Positions 12,225-24,520 of a stretch of 64,000 nt of DNA are shown piece by piece. Source of the stretch: Octopus sinensis (taxonomy: Eukaryota); NCBI RefSeq assembly GCF_006345805.1, contig NW_021835957.1:32265-96264 (forward strand), given 5' to 3'. A model generated the notes under the pieces. That model did not search any database. It had not been told where the DNA came from and worked only from the letters and a program-made list of their open reading frames with translations. Position numbers and translations under genes: made by a program. The stretch's first letter is position 1. Each line of letters opens with the position of its first letter.

Positions 12225-12385
12225 TGGGTTAGGAATAGGGTTATGGTTTAAGGTCAGAGTAGGGATAGGGTTTAGAGTTAGCTATTAGGGCTTAGGGTTT
12301 AGGGTTAGTTAGGGGTTGAGTTTTGGGGTTATGGTTATTTTTTTAGGATTATGGTTAGGGTTAGATTTTATCGTTATGGTTAGAT
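12225..12385 (+). repeat. Degenerate interstitial TTAGGG-like array
   Basis: Repeated GGGTTA/GGTTAT/TTAGGG variants. Confidence 0.75.
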
Positions 12386-13254
12386 TGCACGCAAAAGCGT
12401 AAATGACCAGGTATAACGTACTCTAAAATCTAAAAGGCCGGGTTGACCGCAGTTCTTAGTGTCTACATACAGAGTAACTGTTTCCTAGTTCTTCCTCGTC
12501 AAATTGTTCTGAGTAGCTGCTGGAATTATCTCCCTTGCTTTCTTATTTAAACGTAAATAGATATTGGATACACATGGCATGTGTTATAGTCGACTTGTTG
12601 CTTGAATAATATTCATTAGTCGAAGTTTTTCAACGCATATTAGATGCCAGACTATACCATACGAATATTTGAATCCATTAACCGAGTTCTATTCCCTTCA
12701 CTCAACAACAAACTCCCCAAAGTAAGACACGGACGTTTAAGATTCAAATTTTCTCACAGCCATAATTTTTACGTTCTTTTGCCTGAAAAAGAAATCAATT
12801 TGAGACAGAAAGGTTTTTAAAAAACAAATTTATGTGAGAATATAGATTTTTATCGCTACGTAGTAAAAATATGTGTAACAAATAAAGAAGATGAAAACAA
12901 AAAGCTGTAACTTAAAATATAAAATAGAATAAATAAATAAATAGCTATCAGACGAGCAATATTTCAGTATTTTCAATGAATGGTTGGTTCGATAACGTAG
13001 CTTCTTTCAAAACAGGTGGCTCACACAACCTTCTAACAGCTGTTGAAAATATCTTTTTGAAACCATGTGGTACAACCTACGCACTACTATACATCATTCT
13101 ACATTCTGTGAATGTAAGTGTGTGTGTGTGAGAGAGAGATGGAGGCTGTTTCCTCTTGAGTTCTTTGGATTCTATGGTTAAAAGAAAGATACCTTTGCTT
13201 GAAACATATTTCGGTTCTCCTCTTAGCACACAAACTTTATGAATTTCACACAAC

Positions 13255-13255
13255 A

Positions 13256-13300
<45 letters not shown>

Positions 13301-13308
13301 TGTGTGTA
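13255..13308. repeat. (GT)n microsatellite
   Basis: Direct. Confidence 0.95.
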
Positions 13309-13589
13309 ATACTTTCTAGGGCTATGTTAAGCACTCGACCCGGATTCCCTTTAACTATTTATTACGAAATTCTATGAGAGTCATCAAGAGAATCTTTAAT
13401 TGAATACTCGACCAGCTAGAAATAACAACCAAATTTCTCTTAGATCATATCCTACTGCTTTAAATACGTAAGACATACAGAACAAATGGAAGTAAATATC
13501 GGTGTCATGTATCGAACACCTTGCAGCGTATTGTCCACTCTTGTCCGTCCATATGCTAAGTGTAAAAAAAATATGCAGTGAACATTGCT

Positions 13590-13920
13590 GCTCATTCGTC
13601 TGAATTAGCGTTCAGCAGCAGTGACGACGATGACCTAAGAAGTTCTCCGAGGCATAAGTGTGGGTAAGGCTGTTTACAGAAGACCGGCAGTTGCCCATGC
13701 ATATCAGCCTTTCCTCTCTACAACACCAATGTTATCCAAGTAAAAAAGCAAAGGCTTGGTAACAGTGACGTCACAGCTCATTTCTACAGCTGAGTTAACT
13801 GGAGCAACGTGAAATAAAGTGTCTTGCTCAAGAACATCACATAGAGCCCAGTCTGAGAATTGAACTCATTACCTCATGATTGGGAGCCCAATACTCTCAC
13901 CACTGAGCCATGCGCCTTCA
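13590..13920 (-). mobile_element. Third tRNA-SINE family; inverted copy at ~14335-14640 (+) and another at ~63500-63760 (-)
   Basis: Shared GAAATAAAGTGTCTTGCTCAAGAACA and CTACAGCTGAGT.AACTGGAGCAAC blocks and a tRNA-like head. Confidence 0.65.
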
Positions 13921-13954
13921 CATATTATTATTATCTGTTTCTTTATTACCCACA

Positions 13955-14150
13955 AGAAGCTAAACATAGAGGGGACAAACAGATTAAGTCGATTACACCG
14001 ACCCCAGTTCGTAACTGGTACTTAATTTATCGACCCCGGAAGGATGAAAGGCAAAGTCGACCTCGGCGGAATTTGAACTCAGAACGTAACGGCAGACGAA
14101 ATACGGCTACGTAGTTCACCCGGCGTGCTAACGGTTCTGCCAGCTCGCTG
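13955..14150 (-). mobile_element. tRNA-derived SINE with a Nin/Deu-domain-like core (GCCTTTCATCCTTCCGGGGTCGATAAATTAAGTACC); other copies at ~36035-36230 (-), ~55460-55680 (+), ~9520-9710 (-), ~10340-10530 (-), ~14660-14820 (+), ~44420-44580 (+)
   Basis: Recurrent sequence in the window; the family assignment is from remembered consensus. Confidence 0.65.
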
Positions 14151-15247
14151 TCTCTTCACATATTATTATCATAATTGATAACACTGATTCAGCTCCATAC
14201 AACTTAGTTTTGTAGGCTTCTCATATAAGTTTAGCTCATCAATCACCTAAGCCTGATGAATGAAATTCATATGATGAGCCTACGAAACTAAGGTGCGTGG
14301 AGCCAAATAATACAATTTACAAAATAAAAATATATAGCTCAGTGATCAGCGCGTTGGGCTCACAATCATGAAGTAGTGAGTTTGATTCTCGGACTGGGCT
14401 GTGTTGTGTTCTTGAACACAACACTTTATTTCCTGTTGCTTCAGTTCATTCAGCTGTAGAAATGAGTGGCAACATCACTAAAGCCAAGCGGTATCAGCTT
14501 TTGCCTTTCCATTAGATGACACAGGTGGTATGGAGAGGGGAGGCTTCTATGCATGGGTGATTGCTGTTCTTCCATAAACAACCTTACCAGGACTTGTGCA
14601 TTGGAGGGGAACTTTCTAGGTGTATCCCATGGTCATTCATGGCAGAATTATTACTGTGCCAGGTAAAATCCTTAGCAGTATTTCTTTCATCTGTCTTTAC
14701 ATTCTGAGTTCAACTTTGCTTTTCATCCTTTCAGAGTCAATAAAATTAGTTAGCAATTGAGCACAAGAGTTCTTGTCCTCTGAAGTTGCTGGCCTTGTGC
14801 CAAAATTTTGAAACCAATACATGTAAGCCCAACCAAATGTGTTGAGTGCCACTTTTGTTTGACCACTCAGTTATATATGTGTATATATATATATGTTTAT
14901 GAATTTATTTAGCAAGATTCCTGATGTGGGATGGAAGAGTCACTGAAGAGGTCACAGGTGTGTGACAAAAAATTTCCAGAGAGTGGGAAAAAAATATGAA
15001 CAATAATAAATGAGTGAAGAACAAATATATAGTGCATAGGTTTATTTGGCAAGAATATAAAAAATGGTCATTCCGAAATACAATAATATATATATAGATA
15101 CACATCTGAGAATGTAAAGATAAATAAAGACTACAAATGTTTCATAGCTAAACTCTTTTTATCATATATCTTCACCTTTTGTCATCTGTACTAGCTGTAT
15201 ATATGCTCGAAGTTTATTATCTTCATACATAGACTAGTGTATGTATA

Positions 15248-16039
15248 TACGTAGTCTGATCAATAAGTATCTAGACGGTTGCCATAGTAATGAATCTAAA
15301 ACAGAGTGAAACCACTTGGCACTGATTGACCTTGAACTCTGCTGCACATGTGCACCAAGTTTTAACATTCTAGCTCACTTCCCCTGTTTACAGCAGTGCT
15401 TGGAAGGAACATGTGTAGCATGTGATCATCGTATTGACCAGGACAGAAAAAGCTGAGCAGAGAATCTGCATTAAATTTTGACATAAGCTTGGTGATACCT
15501 GCTCAGAGGCTTATGCAAAATTTTCAAAACATGTTCATTGTTCTCGCCACAGTCAAGGAGATCTTGTGCAACTGAAACCTGAGTATCTTTTCGGACTGAA
15601 CTGAACCATAACTAATCTGTACATCCTCTGATAACTCACAAATGATTTGATGATTTCCCCTCACAGCTGTGATGTTTTCCACATTTCTGCTGGTTGCAAG
15701 TGTCCCAGAACATTCGTCAATACCAACATTTTTTCGGCCATCTTGGAAACATCTGAACCACTTGTACACTTGTGTGTGGCTCATACACTGCTCTCCATAC
15801 ACTTTCTGCAACTTTGTGTAGGCCTTTGAGCAGGTATCGCCATGGTCAATGTGACGATCACACGCTACACATTTTCCTTCCAAGCACTGCTGTAAACAAC
15901 AGAAGTGAGCTAGAATGTTAAAACCTAGTGTGCATACACAGCAGAGTTCAAGGTCAATCTTTGCCAAGCAGCTTCACTCCGAATGCTTTAGCTTTGTTAT
16001 TATGGCAACAGTCTAGATACTTATTGACCAGATCTCATA
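15248..16039. mobile_element. Non-autonomous mariner/Tc1 derivative with ~200-bp-plus inverted arms
   Basis: TA-flanked ends TACGTAGTCTGATCAATAAGTATC / GATACTTATTGACCAGATCTCATA. Transposase N-terminal HTH remnants: EQRICIKF.HKLGDTCSEAY on the plus strand and GDTCSKAYTKLQKVYGEQCMSHTQVYKWFRCFQDGR on the minus strand. Confidence 0.85.
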
Positions 16040-16041
16040 TA

Positions 16042-16093
<52 letters not shown>

Positions 16094-18676
16094 AAGTTAA
16101 TCCAAACATCAAAGCACAAAAAAAAACACAACAACGCGAGGAGGTGGAACAAATATAGTATTATTGGACGCTCAGGAAAGAAGGAGGGATAACATTTCGA
16201 GCTGAGCTCTTTGTCGGAAACATAGAATGAAAGATCCAGAGAAAGGAAGACAGAGGAAAAAAAATCGCTAACGGTACACACGCGGTCACATTTTGAATCA
16301 TATATATATATGTACTTATACTTTTGTCCCCATGGGTAATATGAGGAAATATGGCACATATACAATAATCGTAATTAAACTTTTATTCAAATCTCTCAAA
16401 ATGATTGATAACACAAATACTAAGTTTTAGAAAATTATTTCATACTGTCTCTCAATCTTTCTATATAATGTACATCATGACCGGAGAATTCAACCAACAG
16501 TTTCATTGGCTAATATATATAATTTAGACTTAGGAGAAGGGATAGAGCTTCCTATATCTTTTCTAGGCTTTACTCATCTGGATAGGAGCAAGTGCCAAGT
16601 GATATGTTTTGAAATCTTTGAAGGCCAATGGTTCATGGAAAACATTAGGTTAGGGCTTAGGTGAAACACAATAAAGAGGAAATACATGAGGATGCTATCA
16701 TTTGACTGTGTGTTCACTGAGATATTAATTGATGATATTGCAACCAGGTTTTGTCACTTTTTTGCTGCTCTCTGTGAGTCAGTGGAACTGAGGCATGATC
16801 ACTCTTTGATGATACAAGACCAGCTTTTCCCCCCACCTTCCACTGTTCCTTGCATGGTTGTCTTTGCCTGACATGGCTATACCATTTCAGTTTCCTTGTC
16901 TTCATAATTGTCAGCAGATCCTTGTGGTCAAATAGCCTGTGTTATTCTCATCCCCACATCATCATGTTCTTTGTACAAGCCATCTCATCTTCATTGTGCT
17001 TACCTTTTTTCTTTTCCAATTCTTTTAATGTCCAAGCATTGCAGGTGTATAGAAATATGGATATCACAAATGAGGATAAGATTAGACAGAACGGTTATGC
17101 AATATCAGAACCCAGTAGTATTCCTTGATAACTATGTATATTAAGCATGGTTGTGTGGTTTAGAAGCTCCTTTTACAACCCTGTAGTTTTGGGTTCAGTT
17201 CCACTATGTGGAAATTACCTTCTACTAGAATTCCTGACCAATGAATACCTTGTGAGTGAATGTGGTAGCTAGAAATAGTGAGGAAGCCCATCATATATGT
17301 GTGCATGTATTCACTTCTACCACCACTGCTTGACAACCTGTTTTGGTCTGTTTACATCCCTGTAATATAGCAGTTCAGCAAAAGAGATTGATAGAATAAG
17401 TACCAAACTTGAAAACATATACTGGGGTCAATTTGTTTAACTAAACCCCTTAAAGTAAGTGTTCCAGCAATACTGCAGTTTAATGACTAAAATAAATAGA
17501 TAAAAGATATGAACAGCTTTGTCCAGCAAAACCTGTCTTAATTGATTTTAAGCTTCATTAAGTAACAATTTTTGGCTCTCACTGTTACCAAAGGTATCTC
17601 CTGGTAAAAGCACAACCTTAACAAAGCTAAGATTTCATTCCAGCAACTACCCATGCCCTTCAAGACTAGAAGCTACTTCAGCTCCTAACATTCTGCAAAG
17701 CTCAAATGAGGCTCTTTTCTCACATTTGAGACAGTGCTGTTGCAATACACACAGATATACCTCTCGTTTTTAGTAAAAATTACTGAATGGTAGTATGAAT
17801 GGAATAAAGTGTTTTATCACAGTCTCCATTGCAATTAGTGACATTTAAAACGGAGTGTTCAGGGCCAGCTTTTTTTTTTCTTTTTTGCATTTAAATTACT
17901 CCTGCTTCTAGGATGATTCAAATTACATTCTATCCAGACATATGAAGTAGTTCTATAAATCCTAACAACTGGATACCTTTTATGAAGTCTACTCTATATT
18001 TGAGCCTGTACGTGGTCCTTAGAAATGCTAGAAATAGCAGTCAAATCTCCCACAAATTGAAAAGAGAACATGATGAGCAATGTTATCCAAGGTCTCAGCT
18101 GGAATGCTTCTGGTTATAGTATAACTGCTTTACAATGATCCATTCATCCTATATTTAAGGAATTTGATTATGCCATTGTCCAACGACAACAGTAACTATC
18201 AGGTGTTGCTGCTTAACTTCAAGTGAATGATCGAATGTATACCAGCTGTGACCATCCCATCATTATAGGGACAAATAGGATTACAACAGCTAATGTCAGG
18301 GGAATGATTTCATTGCAGGATGTGGGTCACATAAACTGTCATAAGTTTCTAAAACCCTAAATAGTGGTGAGGATCAAAGCCTCAAGTTCAAACAATATAG
18401 AGGTGCTCACCAAGGAAATCATGAAATTATAAAACATTCAGTTTTTTCTCAGCAAAGAACCCCTACAAACTTTTATGCATTTGTAAGTTGCCAGTAGTAC
18501 TTAACTGTTTAGCACTCAGATTATTGTCAAATGTAACGCTAATTTATTAATATTGTTTTGAATTAATCATGCATTATCTCATAGCTTTGAGATTTTGATG
18601 ATGCGATAGTTTGACTGGTTTAAAAGCTAAAAGGCTAATGAAGTTTCTGGACACAGAAACAAGTCTTAGATAACTA

Positions 18677-19020
18677 GGAGCGGCTGTGTGGTAAGTAGCT
18701 TGCCTACCAACCACATGGTTCCGGGTTCAGTCCCACTGCATGGCACCTTGGGCAAGTGTCTTCTACTGTAGCCTTGGGCCGACCAAAGCCATGTGAGTGG
18801 ATTTGGTAGACAGAAGCTGAAAAAAGCCCATAATCTATATGTGTTTGTCCCCGCACATCGCTGGTGTGTTTACGTCCCCGTAACTTAGCAGTTCAGCAAA
18901 AGAGACCAATAGAATAAGTACTAGGCTTACAAAGAATAAGTTCTGGGGTCAATTTGCTCAAATAAAGACGGTGCTCCAGCATGGCCACAGTGAAACAACT
19001 GAAACAAGTAAAAGTAAAGA
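18677..19020 (+). mobile_element. Same SINE family, full length
   Basis: Head and tail match the other copies. Confidence 0.8.
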
Positions 19021-19524
19021 GTAATATTCTGTTATGCTTGATAGTAAGACAAATTAGTGATTGCAATATTTGTGACAAGTCTATTTAACTACGGACTGAT
19101 TGAATAAGCCATAAGTCAAAATCTGCAACAAGAATTTTGCAATAAATTTCAGTTTCAATATTGAGTTCCTCATCAGTAAATTATAAAGTTGCTTTAAAAT
19201 AACCTCAACGTAACATTTGTTATACTAAATTACGTCTATTCTTTCAGTGGTTTAATGATCATCTATTTAATGTCAGAGAATTCTGCAAATGTTAGCAGTT
19301 CACATTTTGAATTAGGTGGCCATAGTCATCTTCCATCCGACAACTAGTCAGTATTACTGATCATTATTTGATTGATTTCTCTATGCTGCTTCCCATGGTG
19401 ATTCTAATTTAGTCTAATCTCTCACCTATAGTTGTTTGGGTCATAGGAATAATGGAAATCCCACTACAACAATCAAGATAAGAATCATTAAATTTAAATC
19501 AATAATGCTGATAAATAGCAATCT

Positions 19525-21344
19525 TTTATTTTTAACAATAAATGGAAAGTACTTTCCCATTTTTTCATGTTTCTAACCAAACAGCAATCATCAGATAGTA
19601 CATTAACTGGGTCCCCCTACCACTGCAATAAAATATACAATGTGTTACTACTACTACTCTACTACTGAGTTCTCTTTCACATACTATACAGAGACAAACA
19701 TTCTTTCCTTCTAAATAAGCTTGGTATAGCAAAATAACTGTACGCTGTTCTTGAAGAGTTATCGAACTTGCTCAAAGCAAATGAAAAATAATAATCAGTA
19801 AATGCAATCTTCACTATAGAAAGAACTTTTTGTTTCGGTACAAGATCTTTTGTACAATATGGTGGATAAAGCAGTGACTTGCAGATATTTCATCAATCCC
19901 TTGTATCTTTGCGAGATGGATTGTTTGCACTTTGTAGCTGAACAACCTGCACAAACGATTTGTTTATAGTGAACAGCACACACCCTCCATCAAATTGACA
20001 TTACCTGAACAGGTACATGGTGTATCATGTCAGGTGTCAAGGTAACCAGAACGTGAGATGAGGTTTTTGGTGCCTGGCCCAAGAGCAATCATGAGTGCCA
20101 CATCCTAACTTCTAAGTCACGAGTTGTTTCAACCCCCAATAACAAAACCAAACTATACCAACCAGTCTCTTGACTGTGGAGTTTCCATACAAATACCCAT
20201 TACTTTGATTAAATCAATAACAAAAAAGATACCTAAATTCAAATTCTCTGTGGTCACCTGATTAAAAAGTTCACTAAGTAGATATGTGGGGTTCCAGATT
20301 TGAACCACCACTATGCTGTATCTTGGGCAAGTGTCTTCACCAATAATCACAAGTGATTATATCTGCAAATGGAATTTACAGCCATGCTAGCATGGAAGGT
20401 GGAAGTTAAATGATGATAATAAAAAATCATTGTCTGTCAGTGTTTACACTGTCCCAATTCTTCACCAAGACAAAACCAAACCCCACCAAAAACCAGACCA
20501 CTCAATATTGTTTAAGACAATCACCAATAATCACAAGTGATTATATCTTGCAAATGGAATTTACAGCCATGCTAGCATGGAAGGTGGAAGTTAAATGATG
20601 ATAATAAAAAAATCATTGTCTGTCAGTGTTTACACTGTCCCAATTCTTCACCAAGACAAAACCCCACCAAAAACCAAACAACTCAATATTGTTTAAGACA
20701 TATTCTTTTATGTCCCACAAAAGAACACATCTCTGAGATTCATGAGCTGATATGATAAAAATCAGACCCTTGAAAGTGATGCAAAAACATGGCAACACAC
20801 TACTACCATGTCTGAAACAAGTGAAAGGATTTAACATTTTTTAGCATCAATCAAACAAGAGATCTAAACAGTTTCTACATGGTTAAATGACTGGAGAGAA
20901 ACAGCTACCAAATTTTTGTCTTGCAAGGGAGAAAACATTGGGCAATGTAACAAGATAACTAATACCCGCTGGATTTCTATTATCACAGATCTGTCCTAGG
21001 GCTAAAATCAACAACAGAAATTATGATCATTGCAATTTTGATTCAACATTAAAAACAAAATGACAAAGAATTATCTATGACAGCAGAAATTTTTAGGATT
21101 TGTCATTTTATTCAAATTATGTACACAATAATTTGGTTTTTGTAATACTTGCCAACACCCACATACCAAATTTTCTTAAAGGGGAAAAAAAAACCCATCC
21201 CCAGACAAAGACAAAAATTATACCTGTAAGATTACTGTGGTTTGAGGTAACTGTGAGCTGGTTGCCAGCATCTAGATTGATTAGTAATGAAAAACCAGCT
21301 AAAGCAAGTCAGATGTGTTAAAAGATAGAAGAGTTGATTTTATT
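19525..21344 (-). terminator. CSNK2B: Candidate CSNK2B poly(A) signals (AATAAA on the minus strand at 21339-21344 and 19525-19530)
   Basis: Hexamers downstream of the stop codon in a largely TE-poor, UTR-like stretch. Usage is unproven. Confidence 0.3.
20335..20700. repeat. ~185-bp tandem duplication
   Basis: Two copies differing mainly by homopolymer indels. Confidence 0.9.
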
Positions 21345-22450
21345 GATGCATAAATATACAGTCACCGCAAGCTTTCTAGCAAGGAAAACGTGAGTGAAAT
21401 TAATTTGGAGGAAAGAGAAGACGTGAATTTTATATCTATATATATTCATTTATATAAAACTGTAATTGAGTTAGATCTCCTTGCAGTCTAACATCCATTG
21501 TTATTAGTTCTGATGGGAAAAATAAGTTAGAAAGAAAGAAAAATTTAGTTTGCTTTATATTGTATGTATTAAGTCATTTGGGTAATGTTTACATTTGATG
21601 ATGAGGGGGATGGAGGTAGCAATGATGAAAGGGCCAGTGAAAAGAGAGAAAAAGACAAAAAAAAAAAAAACCCCACCCCTTTATCTAAAACAGAAACCAG
21701 ATGAAGTCAGTCAGTGAAATAAAATTTAAATTAAAAATAAGTTTTCTATTACTTAGGGAGAAATTGTATAAAGTAATGTTGCATATATTCACAGTATGCA
21801 GAGTCAAGATTAGGTGACTAACAAACACTATGGAAGGGTTAAGATTTGCTCAGCTCTTGATGGACCCAGCAGTTGTTTTGTACAAACTGTACAGATCACC
21901 AATGACTCAGTGATGGTGGATAATAATGCTGATTGTAGCTATTAAAATATGTGTATATCACAGACACACAGCAATGTAATATTCGTCATTTCCATTCTCT
22001 GTCTGATTTCTTCATTTTCAATGCTAATAATTGTCTTAAGCATTAAGGAGAGATGCAACAAATATCAAAACAATTTAATACAGTTTATGATTTCAGTCAG
22101 AAAACCCAGAGAAACATGAGAAAACAGTCTCCAGAATAATTACTATAGGTATCAGAATGGTATTTGCTTTTCTTTCCACTTCCAAAGTAGTTGTTTGTCC
22201 ATCTTTTGAAACACTTCCACGTGCAGATTACAAAAAAACCCAGCTGGAATTTCCATAGTAACAGCAGGTTAACTACAAATGGTTGCAGCTAGATGACATT
22301 TCAGAACTGATTGCTATATATAAAAAAAAGGGGAGAAAAAAAAAGACAGGAAGAGTTTTTTGTCAGTTACAAAGATTTTCTTTTTTTTTTTTTTTACAGG
22401 AACTGACAGCTGGTCTGCTCAGAGTCGGCACTTGTGGTTGACACAGTAGC

Positions 22451-22559
22451 CTACCTTTTGCTATTACTGTGTCCCATTCCCCTAATGGGCATTTTGAAAT
22501 TGGCAGCAGCCTGATACTGGAGTTGATATGCTAATGGGTGAATCTTGAAACCATATAAT
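22451..22559 (-). CDS. CSNK2B: CK2 beta last coding exon ([36 protein letters not shown])
   Basis: tattttcag|A TTA TAT GGT TTC AAG ATT CAC, containing the conserved RLYGFKIH motif. TAG at 22451-22453. Confidence 0.96.
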
Positions 22560-22760
22560 CTGAAAATATATATGAATACGAGATAAGATAATCAGATGAA
22601 TACAGACTGCTATCAGCAGATTCAACGGTTTAAAAAAACCCCCAAAACGCAAAACATAAATTACTTCAAGAACAGTCTTGTAACATTCTTTAAACTCTCA
22701 TACAAAGAATTCAAAGTATTTTAAAAAACATATACCATCAGTTACTTCTCAAGAACACCT

Positions 22761-22887
22761 TCATTCTATTTCCATAGTTGTTTGTTCCTTCTTGAGCCAT
22801 AACTGGCTCATAAGGGCCGCTTTCCTGGTTTCATTGGTGTATAGGTTCCCCACCTGGACAGGACATTGGACCGTCGCAGGTGAGCAG
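22761..22887 (-). CDS. CSNK2B: Candidate alternative C-terminal exon of CK2 beta (S-CSPATVQCPVQVGNLYTNETRKAALMSQLWLKKEQTTMEIE*)
   Basis: Strong polypyrimidine acceptor tttctcgctctttcctcctgcctctag. The frame is open for 41 codons in the phase left by exon 6, the patch is GC-rich within an AT-rich intron, and donor-like sites lie at 22746 and 22736. No transcript evidence. Confidence 0.45.
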
Positions 22888-23852
22888 CTAGAGGCAGGAG
22901 GAAAGAGCGAGAAATTCTACCACTTCCTTGAATTTCTAGTGTTAAAGAAGCTGGATAATGTAAGCAAAACTGAAGATTTATTTCTTTTTTCAAGAAACTG
23001 AACCAAATCATTGCTGTGATTAAAGTTGAAGTGGTAGAATTTCTAACTTGAATTAACCTGGAGATTTGAAACTTCTAAGGAGATATTGGCCAGAAGAACT
23101 GTGCTTTAAAGCTATTTGCACTACTTCCTTGTTTATTTCACTCCAAGTCATATATAACAGCAAGAATGAATTACAAAATGAAGAGAATTAAGAGCATTTT
23201 TGCAATAAATAAAGGCATTTAATAACAAAATAATGTAGTCAGAGAAATAATATCATGTCATGATATTTGAAAAAAAAAAAAAAAAAAATTTCAATAACTA
23301 ATGTTTTACTATTTTCCAGTACTATCTGTAATTAGAGTAGTCTGAGACAAAAATTCCATAATAGATATATGCAAAAACTTAGTTGTGTTCCAAATATCAC
23401 TTTTATATATTTTGATAAATGAAAAAATTTGTTTTATGAAAGCAGTCCATATTTAATTTAAGCACATAGAAATATAGTAATGAAAAGGTTTAACTCCCTT
23501 CCATACCACTTCTGGGTCTTTGATACACAACATCTAAAATGTTTAGATTTCGAAATAAACTTTCCATCTTAATATGCTAGAACCTTTTGTTAAATCATTT
23601 TCCTAACACTAGCTTTGCAATGAACCAATTGTTTCAGCAAATCCTAAATTCTCAATTGTTTTTGAAATAAACAAACACACAAGCTGTGTATTCCATTAGA
23701 AATATGGCCACAACATGTTGAAGTCCCTGTGAACTAGTAACATGTCTTAAGCTCAAGTAACTGGTTGTTTCTTACACAAAAACTATTCATATACTTCTGA
23801 TGACAGTAAGGATTGCAATTACATTGAATTTATATTTTTTATGTATGTATAG

Positions 23853-24222
23853 GCACAGGTGTGGTAAGGAGCTTGCTTCCCAACAACATGGTTCTGGGTC
23901 AGTCCCACTGCTTGGCACCATGGACAAGTGTCATTTACTCTAATCTTGGGTTGTTGTTAGATGGAAACTGAAAGAAGCCTGTCGTATATGTGTGTGTGTA
24001 TATACATATATATACACACACACACACATGCATGTGTTTGTTCTCCACAATAGCTTGACAACCGATGTTGGTGTGTTTACGTGTTTGTAACTTAACAGTT
24101 TGACAGAAGGGACCGATAGAATAAGTATTAGGCTCATAAAGAGTATGTCCTACGGTCAATTTATTCAACTAGGAGGCAGTGGCTCCTGCATGGCCGCAGT
24201 CAAATAACTGAAACAAATGAAA
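23853..24222 (+). mobile_element. Same SINE family in CSNK2B intron 6
   Basis: Head and tail match the other copies. Confidence 0.8.
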
Positions 24223-24331
24223 GAGAGAGAGTGTGTGTGTGTATGTATGTATATATATATATATTATACACACCACACACACAAATTCCTACTCTCAGAT
24301 TATTGCTGGTGAAAAGCAATCAGCACTCTAC

Positions 24332-24520
24332 CTTGGAATAAATTGGTTTGCAGGACGCTTAGGTCTGTATTCAGGATGGACCATGAACAACATGTGTGGG
24401 AAACCAGTGCCGAAATATGCTCCATCCGTGTGGTGATGACGAGAAGACTTAGGTGTGTAAACATCTTGGCATTTTGGACAGTACAGCTTTACCATGGCTT
24501 CACCAGGTACATCATGAGAC
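24332..24520 (-). CDS. CSNK2B: CK2 beta exon 6 ([64 protein letters not shown])
   Basis: tttaacag|GT...CCAAG|gtagag. It is 189 nt against the expected 190; one base is missing near the start (GTCTCATGAT, probably GT CTC AGT GAT). Confidence 0.96.
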
